This document shows positions 39,901 through 48,075 of a stretch of 64,000 bases of DNA, one piece after another; position 1 is the first letter of the stretch; each line of letters begins with the position of its first letter. The notes beneath the pieces are model-generated. The model ran no database searches and was not told where the DNA came from. It saw only the letters and a program-made list of their open reading frames with translations. The translations under genes and the position numbers were made by a program. The stretch comes from a virus. The stretch is from positions 24,420 through 88,419 of the IMG/VR virus record IMGVR_UViG_3300046820_001014. One strand, written 5' to 3'.

Positions 39901-41079
39901 CTATATAACTATTGCAGCTCTTGTTTCCTTTTGTTTACTTTTTAACCAACTTTCCTCTTGAGAGCCTCTTATTACTAGATTGTATAAGTATGAGAGTTTA
40001 TCTTTCTCATACCTTGTTACCCTATATAGACGTTGTCTATGCTGGGTACTGCTTGAAGTACTACTTGCTATAATACCAAGTGTAACTGAGCTATCATCAA
40101 ATCCCTGATCAACTGATTTTGCACCAATAAGGTATTGAAAATCCTTATTTAGAAATGCCGCCAAGTTATCTTTCTTTTTCTTGGTAGTAATCTTGGAGTG
40201 ATAAAGCACACTATTGGGTAACATAGTGTGAAGAACATCACAAAAAGAAGTACTCTCACTAAAAATAATACACCTATCATCAGGATGTTCAGCAATAATA
40301 GTAAGTATTTCTTGATACTTGTTATAAGCATTGTATATAATATCTTTTCTCTTCCTAAGCCATCTATTAAACTGTACAGCATGCATAGCTGCTTTACTAG
40401 CATCTAGAAATGCTGGAGCAGTTGGATGCAATCCTTGATTTCTTCTATACAAATAAGCATCTCTACCTGCAGGACTTAAGCAAGCCATTACATCATCAAA
40501 TCTATTATAAAATGTCTTAAAATAAAACTCATACATCTTATTAGCATCAGCATACTGCTTAGCTTCTATCTCTGTAAAGTCCAACATCTTATTATATTCT
40601 ATGACTGGTGCTACCCATTGGTTGCTTAATGCCTCTTTCATAGAGATAGTACAAATTTCTGTAATACCTCTCTTAGATAGAGTTTCTATATGTACTTCTG
40701 ATACAGTTGCAGATAAACCTAGAAAATAATTCCAGCTACTATTTAAGACAGCTTGATTGAAGACTACAGCCTCATCATTACTATACATATGTATCTCATC
40801 TTGTATTAGGAACTCACATTGCATAGATGTCTTAATGTAACTATTAACAACAAATACTTCTGCTTGTACTCCCCACTCTTTCAAGATCTTAACCCACTGC
40901 TCTTGCAAAATTTGTCTAGGTACAACAACATGTATAATAGTATTCTCTGGTAGTGCTTTACAACACTTAATAGCAGTAATGGTTTTACCAAAGCTACCCA
41001 CTGCAGTAAGAAGACCTACTCTATTATTATCTTCCCAAGTCTTTACAATCTCAGCTTGTTTTTGATCTTTAGTTACCAT
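39901..41079 (-). CDS. Superfamily 2 helicase
   Basis: GSFGKT, DEIH, LGLSAT, DQGFD and QRLYR. Confidence 0.88.
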   Translation of the reverse strand: MVTKDQKQAEIVKTWEDNNRVGLLTAVGSFGKTITAIKCCKALPENTIIHVVVPRQILQEQWVKILKEWGVQAEVFVVNSYIKTSMQCEFLIQDEIHMYSNDEAVVFNQAVLNSSWNYFLGLSATVSEVHIETLSKRGITEICTISMKEALSNQWVAPVIEYNKMLDFTEIEAKQYADANKMYEFYFKTFYNRFDDVMACLSPAGRDAYLYRRNQGLHPTAPAFLDASKAAMHAVQFNRWLRKRKDIIYNAYNKYQEILTIIAEHPDDRCIIFSESTSFCDVLHTMLPNSVLYHSKITTKKKKDNLAAFLNKDFQYLIGAKSVDQGFDDSSVTLGIIASSTSSSTQHRQRLYRVTRYEKDKLSYLYNLVIRGSQEESWLKSKQKETRAAIVI

Positions 41080-41500
41080 TCATAATCTCATTTATCTCAT
41101 CTAAACTTGGAAGTTGTGGTAATTCCTCAACTTCTATTTCTTGATATAAATCCATGTACTTTTTAATGTTTTTAGCAAAAATTAATAATTCTTTTAGAGT
41201 AGCATTAGCCTTCATGCTATTAGCTAAGGTGCTAATAACAGCTATGTTACCTTTAACATATCCCTTATTAGGAAACACTCTATCAATGGATGGGGAGTAT
41301 CTAGTACTACATACTAAGGGAACTTTAAGAATAGGACACTTTTCAGGTATCCTTATATCTTTAAGTTCAATGTTGAATTCTAATCCTTTCTTCAATGCTC
41401 TTTTCTTAGCACTTCTAAAAAGACTTTGCTTTAACTCATGTAAGTGTTTATACTTACTTTTAGCTAAAAGCTTAATATTGAATTTATTACTCTTTCTCAC
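41069..41500 (-). CDS. HNH-like/endonuclease VII-like endonuclease
   Basis: IPEKCPIL...SPSIDRV..NKGYVKGNI.VIS..AN.MK. Confidence 0.7.
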   Translation of the reverse strand: MRKSNKFNIKLLAKSKYKHLHELKQSLFRSAKKRALKKGLEFNIELKDIRIPEKCPILKVPLVCSTRYSPSIDRVFPNKGYVKGNIAVISTLANSMKANATLKELLIFAKNIKKYMDLYQEIEVEELPQLPSLDEINEIMNGN

Positions 41501-41523
41501 ATATTGTATTATTTAGAAGTACT

Positions 41524-41793
41524 CTAAATAGGAAGCTGCCTAATTTCCCTTAATGCTGCTTCTTTTTGAGTAATAAATAACTCATTTCTATTTAACAACT
41601 CAGCAATTCTATCTGCCTCTTGAAATAGATCTTCATTACTTCCCATATTCTTATCAATTGTACATAACAATTTAAAGGTATTAGAAGATTCTTCATCAAA
41701 TATACCCACCCCAATAATTCCTTCTACCTTACCTGATTTACCATCAGAGTTAGAATAGAATGTTGAGGTTGTATTTACTGCTTTATAAATCAT
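41524..41793 (-). CDS. Hypothetical protein
   Basis: 89-aa ORF. Confidence 0.55.
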   Translation of the reverse strand: MIYKAVNTTSTFYSNSDGKSGKVEGIIGVGIFDEESSNTFKLLCTIDKNMGSNEDLFQEADRIAELLNRNELFITQKEAALREIRQLPI

Positions 41794-41797
41794 AATC

Positions 41798-43654
41798 TTA
41801 TTTTGTCCATTCTTTAGTTATTGTTGTATCTACTTCTATAGGTATAGACTTTATAATAGTACCTCCAGCTCTAATCATAGCAGCTTCTTGAATCTCTTTC
41901 CATTCTTCTGCCTTATCTTCTGGAACCTCATACACTAAACAATCATGAATCTGTAGAACAAATTTAGGATACTTAAGTTTTTTAGCAGAGTACTCACAAT
42001 TTAAGATAGCTTGTTTTGCCATATCTGCAGCACTACCTTGAATAGGAGTATTCTTACCTGCTCTCTCTATTTCTCCATTTCTTTTACTCCACTCTCTCCA
42101 ATCTTGCTCCTTTAAGTAAGAGATATCATCAAAAAATCTAATCCTTCCTAAGTAAGTTTTTATAAATCCTCTACTAGATGCTAGATAAGATAAAGTTTTT
42201 AAGAATACTTCTACAGATGGTACTACTGAAAAATACTTATCAATAAACTTTTTAGCATCCTCTACAGGTATATCCAGTGTCTTAGACAACTTAAACTCAG
42301 TCATACCAAAAGCTAAACCAAAGTTAATAGTTTTCTGAACATCTCTATAACTTTTACCTCTAAGAAATTCTGGTTTATTTTTTACCTCCTCTATTGGTAC
42401 TCCAAATGTAAGAGCTGCTAGTTCACCATGCAAGTCTTTACCTTCTCTAAAAGCATTTACCCAAATAGGGTCTTGAGAAAACTCAGCTATTAGACGTAAT
42501 TCTTGAGCAGAGTAATCTGAGGCTACTAATACTTTACCTTCTCCTGCTTTAAAACAATTGAGATACTCATTTTTAGCTGGGATATTTTGCATATTAGGAG
42601 ACTCATGACCTCCGGTAGAAATTCTACCAGTCTCAAGAATTTGCCATACACTTGTGTGTACTTTCTTAGATACAGGATTAATGTTATTTAGAAACTTCTT
42701 ACCATAAGTAGTTACTAATTTAGATTTTTTCTTGTACTCTATAAACTTATTTACCAGAGGATACTGCTTAGAATATTTATTAATATCTTTCTCTGAGGTA
42801 CTTTCTATGTCATCAATACCTAATTCTTTAAAAACCTCCTTAATTTGTAAAGGACTACTCCACTTAATAGAGGAGTATTTCTCAAATTCTGTTGAGAATA
42901 AATCCATTTGATAGGATTGACAATACTTCTTTAAAGAAGGTATTTGTAATACTTCTGCATCTAATTCTCTCTCATACTTCTTCATATCTAAAGCTGCTTT
43001 CTCAGCTAACTTTAACCATTCTTCCTTATCAAGATATAGACCATTATATTCCATTCTAGCAAAAGCTATACTAACTTGATTTTCCAAATCTACTATTCTA
43101 TGTAGCTTTAGTTTCTCAACTTCTTGTAATTGCTTTTCTCTAATCTCATGTAAACATACTACATCTTCTGCAGCATACTTAATTACTCTCTCTGTTAGAC
43201 CTTTGTAATTTATCTCTCCTCTAACACTTTTATCTAAGAACTTACCACAATACTTCATAGCTAGTGCATCCAAACCTAAAGACCTATTACTAAGTCCTGT
43301 AGTTAAGATGCACTCTACTAAGAAGGTATCATAAATATTCTCTACTTCTATCCCTTTATGTAGTAGAAATCTAATATCAAATTTTAAATTTTGACCTAGC
43401 TTTAACCACTCAGGACTAGTAAAAACTTCTTTAATTAGTTCTAAAGTTTCACCAGATGAGATATCAATTATAAATTGTTCTTCAGCATTACCTATCTGCC
43501 AACAAACATCTTTACAAGTATAAGGATCAAATCCCTCAGTCTCAGAGTCTATACCTATGATTTTATTCTTGTCTAACCAATCTATTAAAGTATTAAAAGT
43601 AACATAATTAAAAGGAGTAAACAGTTGTTTTTGTTTACTAATAATATTTATCAT
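41798..43654 (-). CDS. polA: Family A DNA polymerase with 3'-5' exonuclease
   Basis: DSET, NLKFD, YAAED, TGRIS...PNMQNIP, DYSAQELR, R...KTINFG, NTPIQG and QIHD. Confidence 0.95.
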   Translation of the reverse strand: MINIISKQKQLFTPFNYVTFNTLIDWLDKNKIIGIDSETEGFDPYTCKDVCWQIGNAEEQFIIDISSGETLELIKEVFTSPEWLKLGQNLKFDIRFLLHKGIEVENIYDTFLVECILTTGLSNRSLGLDALAMKYCGKFLDKSVRGEINYKGLTERVIKYAAEDVVCLHEIREKQLQEVEKLKLHRIVDLENQVSIAFARMEYNGLYLDKEEWLKLAEKAALDMKKYERELDAEVLQIPSLKKYCQSYQMDLFSTEFEKYSSIKWSSPLQIKEVFKELGIDDIESTSEKDINKYSKQYPLVNKFIEYKKKSKLVTTYGKKFLNNINPVSKKVHTSVWQILETGRISTGGHESPNMQNIPAKNEYLNCFKAGEGKVLVASDYSAQELRLIAEFSQDPIWVNAFREGKDLHGELAALTFGVPIEEVKNKPEFLRGKSYRDVQKTINFGLAFGMTEFKLSKTLDIPVEDAKKFIDKYFSVVPSVEVFLKTLSYLASSRGFIKTYLGRIRFFDDISYLKEQDWREWSKRNGEIERAGKNTPIQGSAADMAKQAILNCEYSAKKLKYPKFVLQIHDCLVYEVPEDKAEEWKEIQEAAMIRAGGTIIKSIPIEVDTTITKEWTK

Positions 43655-43899
43655 CTTCTACATAATTCTGTAATCTTATCTTCTACCTCATCTACTGCTT
43701 CTCTAGGTAACCCTTCACAATAAAATCTGCCCATACCAAATTTCTCCTTAATTTGAGAATAGCTAAACCCATGTGCATTTATAAATGATTGAAACTTCTC
43801 ATCTAACCATTCTATAAAGTTAGAATCATCTATATCTAAACCATAATGTCCTTCTTCTAAGAAGTCTTTGTATTTCTTATTAAACTCTTCACTTGTCAT
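43651..43899 (-). CDS. Hypothetical protein
   Basis: QIKEKFG..RFY motif common in phage proteins. Confidence 0.65.
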   Translation of the reverse strand: MTSEEFNKKYKDFLEEGHYGLDIDDSNFIEWLDEKFQSFINAHGFSYSQIKEKFGMGRFYCEGLPREAVDEVEDKITELCRR

Positions 43900-44215
43900 A
43901 ACTTTCTAACATTTTAATTCTACTCTTAATATATTGTATATCTTTCCAATATTCAGGATCATCAGAGCGATCTCCATAAGGATCTAAGATAGATTGTAAA
44001 TACTCTATCTCTTCCTCAACAGAAGCTTTACATACTTGATAAGTTATTCCTCTCTCACCTACAAAAGTAGTTGACCATTCTTCTTTTAAATCCCATACTT
44101 CTGAGGATAATAAAAATATTAAATTAAAACATCCAATATATTGATTAAGTCTAGGAGGTAATAGTTCTTTAACTACTTCCTCTATTTCTTGTAAATTGTT
44201 ATATACTTTTTGCAT
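43889..44215 (-). CDS. Hypothetical protein
   Basis: 108-aa ORF with coupled overlaps. Confidence 0.55.
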   Translation of the reverse strand: MQKVYNNLQEIEEVVKELLPPRLNQYIGCFNLIFLLSSEVWDLKEEWSTTFVGERGITYQVCKASVEEEIEYLQSILDPYGDRSDDPEYWKDIQYIKSRIKMLESYDK

Positions 44216-44438
44216 TTTCTTCTATTTGTAATATTTCATAACTGTGTAAAATTTCTTGCAAATATCTAAATAGATATCCATTTTGTCTATTTAGATTACT
44301 CATAATAAACATAAAAAATATTTCCTTGTTTAGGTGCAATACTGTAGATTCACCAATCTTAATTTCTCTGTACCCAGAGAAAGTATCTTTAAACTTCTCT
44401 AGTGAGGGTACTTGTAGTATGTAAATTGACATATGCAT
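44199..44438 (-). CDS. Hypothetical protein
   Basis: 79-aa ORF. Confidence 0.5.
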   Translation of the reverse strand: MHMSIYILQVPSLEKFKDTFSGYREIKIGESTVLHLNKEIFFMFIMSNLNRQNGYLFRYLQEILHSYEILQIEENAKSI

Positions 44439-44442
44439 AAAT

Positions 44443-44470
44443 AAAAAAGCCTAGTATTTCTACTAGGCTT
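44443..44470 (-). terminator. Intrinsic terminator after the metalloprotease gene
   Basis: AAGCCTAGTA-GAAA-TACTAGGCTT followed by a T run on the minus strand. Confidence 0.8.
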
Positions 44471-44493
44471 ATAATTAGTTTGTATTTATTTAC

Positions 44494-45735
44494 TTAGTTA
44501 GTTATATAAGATGCTGTCCAATAAGCTACATTATTACAAGTTACAGAAGTTCTATAGCACGAATTAAGATTAGCAGGTTGTGGAGATAAAACTCTATCCA
44601 CAATACCTGTAGCTTTCTCAGTAGTAGTTAAAGATGTAATAGTACCTCTACTTCCACAAGCTTGTGTGACAGTACAAGCAGCATCATATCTACATACATT
44701 TAAGGAGTAAGTAGGATAAGTTATTTGATTAATAGGGACTGTAAACTTAATTCTCCATTTACCATCAGTTCCTTTGTAGGTAGTCTGTAAAGATACTGGA
44801 TTAGTAACTACTGGTGGTGGAGGTTGAGTTGTAGGAGTATAATTAGGTAAAGAACTATAATACAAAGACTTATGTAATACTGCTAACTCTGGAGCTTTAA
44901 GCATAACTTCAGCAGTTCCATAAATATGGCAATAAGACATAAAATCTCCAGCCATTCTCTTAGTTGTTCCTACACATTTAATTGTGGGAGGACAAGCTTT
45001 ATTGTTCTCACAAGCATAACAACTATCCAATGGTCCAAGTCTGTTACCATTCTTATCTAACCAAGCACAATCATTATGTGAGTGTTGAAGTCCTAAGTTG
45101 TGATGCAATTCATGATTAAAAGATAGTAATGCATAGTTTCTATCTCTTGAATTTAAAGGTCTATTTCTAGCTAATGAGACAAATGCCCATTTAGCAGATG
45201 TAACTGATCCTGCAGAAATATAAGCACATCCTCCAATATTAGCATCTGTTAAAAATACTTTAAAAGGTTGTGCTGTTATATTGATAGTATTATTACCAAA
45301 TAAATATAATCCTGATACAGCATCTCTTACATTAACATAAGGATCTGGTGTTGTATGAATAAACATATTTCCAACAACATACTTAACTCCATCTATTCTC
45401 TCAGATGCTTCTGAGCATAAGTTAATAAAGCTTCTCATTTTAGCTTCTGCATTAGAAGCATTCATTCCCTCATTTACATATATATTGTATGCAACTTCTA
45501 CATACAAAGTACATACTTTGTAAGAACGATAATTTGGGTTCCAAAAGTCAGGTTCTGCAGCAGTCATTCTAGCATTAGTAACCTTTTTTTCTGCTGTAGT
45601 ATCAACTGGTTTACACCCTACAGTATAATGTGCAGTATCTGTGTGAGTAGTATCACTACTATTCACTGGAATTTCATAATCAGGATTACAACTAAATAAG
45701 ATAATAGTTAATAAACCAAAGAGTTTTAATTTCAT
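44494..45735 (-). CDS. Lipoprotein zinc metalloprotease (metzincin/reprolysin-like)
   Basis: Lipobox LFSC, HELHHNLGLQH (HExxHxxGxxH), Met-turn FMSY, and a Pro-rich linker to a Cys-rich C-terminal domain. Confidence 0.8.
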   Translation of the reverse strand: MKLKLFGLLTIILFSCNPDYEIPVNSSDTTHTDTAHYTVGCKPVDTTAEKKVTNARMTAAEPDFWNPNYRSYKVCTLYVEVAYNIYVNEGMNASNAEAKMRSFINLCSEASERIDGVKYVVGNMFIHTTPDPYVNVRDAVSGLYLFGNNTINITAQPFKVFLTDANIGGCAYISAGSVTSAKWAFVSLARNRPLNSRDRNYALLSFNHELHHNLGLQHSHNDCAWLDKNGNRLGPLDSCYACENNKACPPTIKCVGTTKRMAGDFMSYCHIYGTAEVMLKAPELAVLHKSLYYSSLPNYTPTTQPPPPVVTNPVSLQTTYKGTDGKWRIKFTVPINQITYPTYSLNVCRYDAACTVTQACGSRGTITSLTTTEKATGIVDRVLSPQPANLNSCYRTSVTCNNVAYWTASYITN

Positions 45736-45753
45736 ATATTTTATATTTTACTT

Positions 45754-45763
45754 CAAATATACG
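45754..45763 (-). promoter_or_regulatory. Promoter for the metalloprotease gene (CGTATATTTG)
   Basis: Contains the Bacteroidota -7 element TAnnTTTG overlapping a CGTATA motif, 19 nt before the ATG. Confidence 0.6.
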
Positions 45764-45771
45764 AATAATAA

Positions 45772-45800
45772 AATTACAGGGGAGAATATCCCCTGTAATT
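45772..45800 (-). terminator. Intrinsic terminator
   Basis: 12-bp stem AATTACAGGGGA/TCCCCTGTAATT with a T-rich tail on the minus strand. Confidence 0.75.
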
Positions 45801-45934
45801 ATTAAAGTTCTTACTAAAGTTTTTAAATATTTGCCTAGACGTGGTTTGTCATAGTTTTTTTGTTTTAGGCCCCTGCGTTGGCAGAGGCTTACAATTTTAC
45901 TTTAATTGCGCATATTTACAAGTTAGCAGTAATA

Positions 45935-46138
45935 CTACGTTAATCGTATAATATTACCATTCCACCTCCAAAAACCTTGCATACTATCAAACCAAATTTC
46001 TATATCGGTAACAAAGAAACCTTTTTTTGCTCCATGTTCCATAATTTCATTTTCGGTCGGTTTAAAGTCTGCCGTTCCTTCAACTAACATTTCGTGTTGT
46101 TGGCTTCTGTATTCAACGCAATTATCTTCTATTTTCAT
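45935..46138 (-). CDS. Hypothetical protein inside a cassette-like unit
   Basis: CpG-rich, atypical composition; flanked by GTTAGCAGTA/TACTGCTAAC. Confidence 0.6.
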   Translation of the reverse strand: MKIEDNCVEYRSQQHEMLVEGTADFKPTENEIMEHGAKKGFFVTDIEIWFDSMQGFWRWNGNIIRLT

Positions 46139-46162
46139 AATTAAATTTGTTTTAAATTATCC

Positions 46163-46258
46163 GTACTACTGCTAACAGCACATAAGCAAAAGCCCAAATT
46201 CCACCGCACAATGCCAACGCTATTTGTGCCTTCGCTTATCTGCAAAACGTTATCTGCA
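46163..46258 (-). repeat. attC-like imperfect palindrome
   Basis: ...GATAAC-GTTTTGCAGATAAGCGAAGGCACAAAT...ATTTGGGCTTTTGCTTATGTGCT-GTTAGCA on the minus strand. Confidence 0.6.
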
Positions 46259-46261
46259 AGG

Positions 46262-46423
46262 CTACCTGACAAGCTCCGATTCAAGTAATCCTTTGTCGTG
46301 GGCCTCAATAATCTGTTGCTTCTCCATTTCTTTGGCTTGCTCAAATTGTTTGCTATAAATTTGATGTATGTACATATCATCAATTTGTTCCAATAACCAT
46401 TCTACTGCTGTCTGCTTGCTCAT
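46262..46423 (-). CDS. Small protein MSKQTAVEWL...QAKEMEKQQI (53 aa, not in the ORF track)
   Basis: Translated by hand. The TAVEWL/AKEMEK pattern is common in Bacteroidota phages. Confidence 0.7.
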   Translation of the reverse strand: MSKQTAVEWLLEQIDDMYIHQIYSKQFEQAKEMEKQQIIEAHDKGLLESELVR

Positions 46424-46424
46424 A

Positions 46425-46601
46425 TTATTCTATTGATTTTAATCTTTCTTTACCTACAAAACCATATTCTCCTTTTCTATTTCCCTCAAGGAATTGAATT
46501 CTTACACTATTAATATTCTTTTTACTTTGAAATCCATCATATATAACATACTCAGATTCTCCTTTGAATCTTTTATAAATGACTTTTTCTCCTTTATTCA
46601 T
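46425..46601 (-). CDS. Small hypothetical protein (58 aa, MNKGEKVIYK..., not in the ORF track)
   Basis: Fills the gap exactly between its neighbours. Confidence 0.55.
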   Translation of the reverse strand: MNKGEKVIYKRFKGESEYVIYDGFQSKKNINSVRIQFLEGNRKGEYGFVGKERLKSIE

Positions 46602-47137
46602 AATATTTTAACAGAGTCAACATCTACTTTACCATAAGCTAAGAAATCTATTCTATTACTAAATCTCTTATTCATAGTATCTTCTACTCTCCAACAACCT
46701 CTAAGATGTACAGGTTGATGTACATATATTTCAGAGTTATAAGGATATTCTTTTAATAGATCTCTAGAAACTGCTACTACTCTAATCTCTTGTTTCTTAA
46801 GTTTTCTAAGATTAATTCTATATCCTGTTGCAGTAATGAGTGGGTTTCCATCACATTGAGCCTGTACTGGATTATAGTATGTAGCCTTGAGTTTCTTGTA
46901 AGGAATTTCCTTAGTCTGAAGGGTATCTTGTTTAAGATATTGAGGTTTAGTATCTGCTTCAATTATTAATGTGTCTAAGTATAAGAAAAATAACCCTACT
47001 GCTGCTGCAGCACATATTAAATTAGCAACAGTCTTAAGAAAAGAATGTTGTTTTCTGAACAGGATATATAACTCTATTCCTGTAATAGTAAAATTTAAGC
47101 CTGCTAAGGCTATTAGCAATTTATAAATTATAATCAT
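46598..47137 (-). CDS. Membrane-anchored 3D-domain (MltA/RlpA-like) cell-wall protein
   Basis: Two TMs followed by ATYYN...ITATG...VAVSRDL...VEDTMN.R...IDFL. Confidence 0.75.
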   Translation of the reverse strand: MIIIYKLLIALAGLNFTITGIELYILFRKQHSFLKTVANLICAAAAVGLFFLYLDTLIIEADTKPQYLKQDTLQTKEIPYKKLKATYYNPVQAQCDGNPLITATGYRINLRKLKKQEIRVVAVSRDLLKEYPYNSEIYVHQPVHLRGCWRVEDTMNKRFSNRIDFLAYGKVDVDSVKIL

Positions 47138-47570
47138 TCCATTTGTTTTTTAGTTCTTGAGCTAGTATTTTATATTCTTTAACAGATATCTGGAGCTCAT
47201 TACAGATATCTTCTACTGATGTATCCTCACTTCTTAAGAGAAAGAACATATATAATGTACTTCCTATTAAATACTCTTTAAAGCTATTTAGATCTATACT
47301 ATCATTAGATGTTTCTTCTAATCTTTCTGGTATAGTATCTACATATTCAGGATGTTTCTTCCTAATATATTTGTCTATATAGTGGTTTCTAGCAATATTA
47401 TTAACCCATGTAACAGGTGCACTTTTACTGCTATCAAATAGATGCTGTTTAAGAGTAGCTTTAAGTAGTACATCTTCTACAAAATCATCTAAATCTTCAT
47501 CTTTAAGTTTAAACTTGCTCTTAGCAAATCTTTTAACTTCTTTTTTATACTTGTAAAATTGAAATTCCAT
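47121..47570 (-). CDS. ECF-like RNA polymerase sigma factor
   Basis: Region 2-like DDFVEDVLLKA...FDSSK...TWVNNIARNHYID, and a region 4-like HTH SVEDICNELQIS. Confidence 0.72.
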   Translation of the reverse strand: MEFQFYKYKKEVKRFAKSKFKLKDEDLDDFVEDVLLKATLKQHLFDSSKSAPVTWVNNIARNHYIDKYIRKKHPEYVDTIPERLEETSNDSIDLNSFKEYLIGSTLYMFFLLRSEDTSVEDICNELQISVKEYKILAQELKNKWNDYNL

Positions 47571-47574
47571 TTGG

Positions 47575-47582
47575 CAAATATA
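47575..47582 (-). promoter_or_regulatory. Bacteroidota-type -7 promoter element TATATTTG, 4 nt before the sigma ATG
   Basis: Matches TAnnTTTG and follows a terminator-like hairpin at 47590-47620. Confidence 0.55.
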
Positions 47583-47677
47583 GTAGAAAAATAAGTTAGG
47601 ATAATGTATCCTAACTTATTACCATATTAAACACCAATTAATCAAAAAAATTCTTATAGTTAATAGTAAAATAAAAG

Positions 47678-47706
47678 AAAGTAAGGGAGAATATCCCCCT
47701 TACTTT
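47678..47706 (-). terminator. Terminator downstream of the tRNA-like cluster
   Basis: AAAGTAAGGG/CCCTTACTTT stem; loop region shared with the 45772 hairpin. Confidence 0.65.
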
Positions 47707-47740
47707 ACAACACTATTTATTCACAATTAACCAAAATATG

Positions 47741-47807
47741 TAGTCAGGACAAGTTTCACTCTTGTAACCATAGGTATCCCCATTGCTTTATTTTAAGCTA
47801 CCTGCCT
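47741..47807 (-). ncRNA. tRNA mimic without an anticodon loop
   Basis: Acceptor AGGCAGG/CCTGACT, D stem GCTT/AAGC, anticodon arm ATGGG-GATA-CCTAT (4-nt loop), T arm ACAAG-AGTGAAA-CTTGT. Confidence 0.65.
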
Positions 47808-47813
47808 AAATTT

Positions 47814-47974
47814 AAATAACATAATTCTTTGTAGTTCTTTGCCAAGAACCCTTTTACTTTTTCACTCAATTTTCATGCCTGAAAATCTAATTTTCTGTTT
47901 TACTCCTACTAAAGACTTGCAATTCTTATTTGGTAGTTCAAGCCGATTTTCAAAGTTAAAGAACTATGTTATTT
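47814..47974 (-). ncRNA. ~160-nt structured RNA between two tRNA mimics
   Basis: 17-bp closing stem with one G-U pair on the minus strand, plus two internal hairpins that both have GGCA loops. Confidence 0.6.
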
Positions 47975-47975
47975 G

Positions 47976-48071
47976 TAGTCAGGACAGGAATTGAACCTGT
48001 ACGTAAAGGATTAGCGCTTAGCCCTTACCCATCTTATTTCTGGAGTGCGTCTACCATTCCGCCACCTGACT
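47976..48071 (-). ncRNA. tRNA-Leu-like RNA with a degenerate anticodon arm
   Basis: Acceptor AGTCAGG/CCTGACT, Leu-type D arm GCG-GAATGGTAGA-CGC, long variable arm, T arm ACAGG-TTCAATT-CCTGT. Anticodon loop is GAAATAAGA (9 nt, no U33). Confidence 0.7.
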
Positions 48072-48075
48072 AAAT

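Noticed and set aside
41069-41523. Promoter-hairpin switch for the endonuclease at 41069..41500
   Set aside because: No CGTATAA and no convincing stem over the start, so it was not counted with the other five.
46141-46383. 80-aa ORF from the track
   Set aside because: It runs through the attC-like palindrome and overlaps a more plausible gene in another frame (46262-46423).
47814-47974. 6S RNA identity for the inter-tRNA RNA
   Set aside because: Size and closing stem fit loosely, but the interior looks multi-branched rather than a rod with a central bubble. It cannot be supported without a covariance search.
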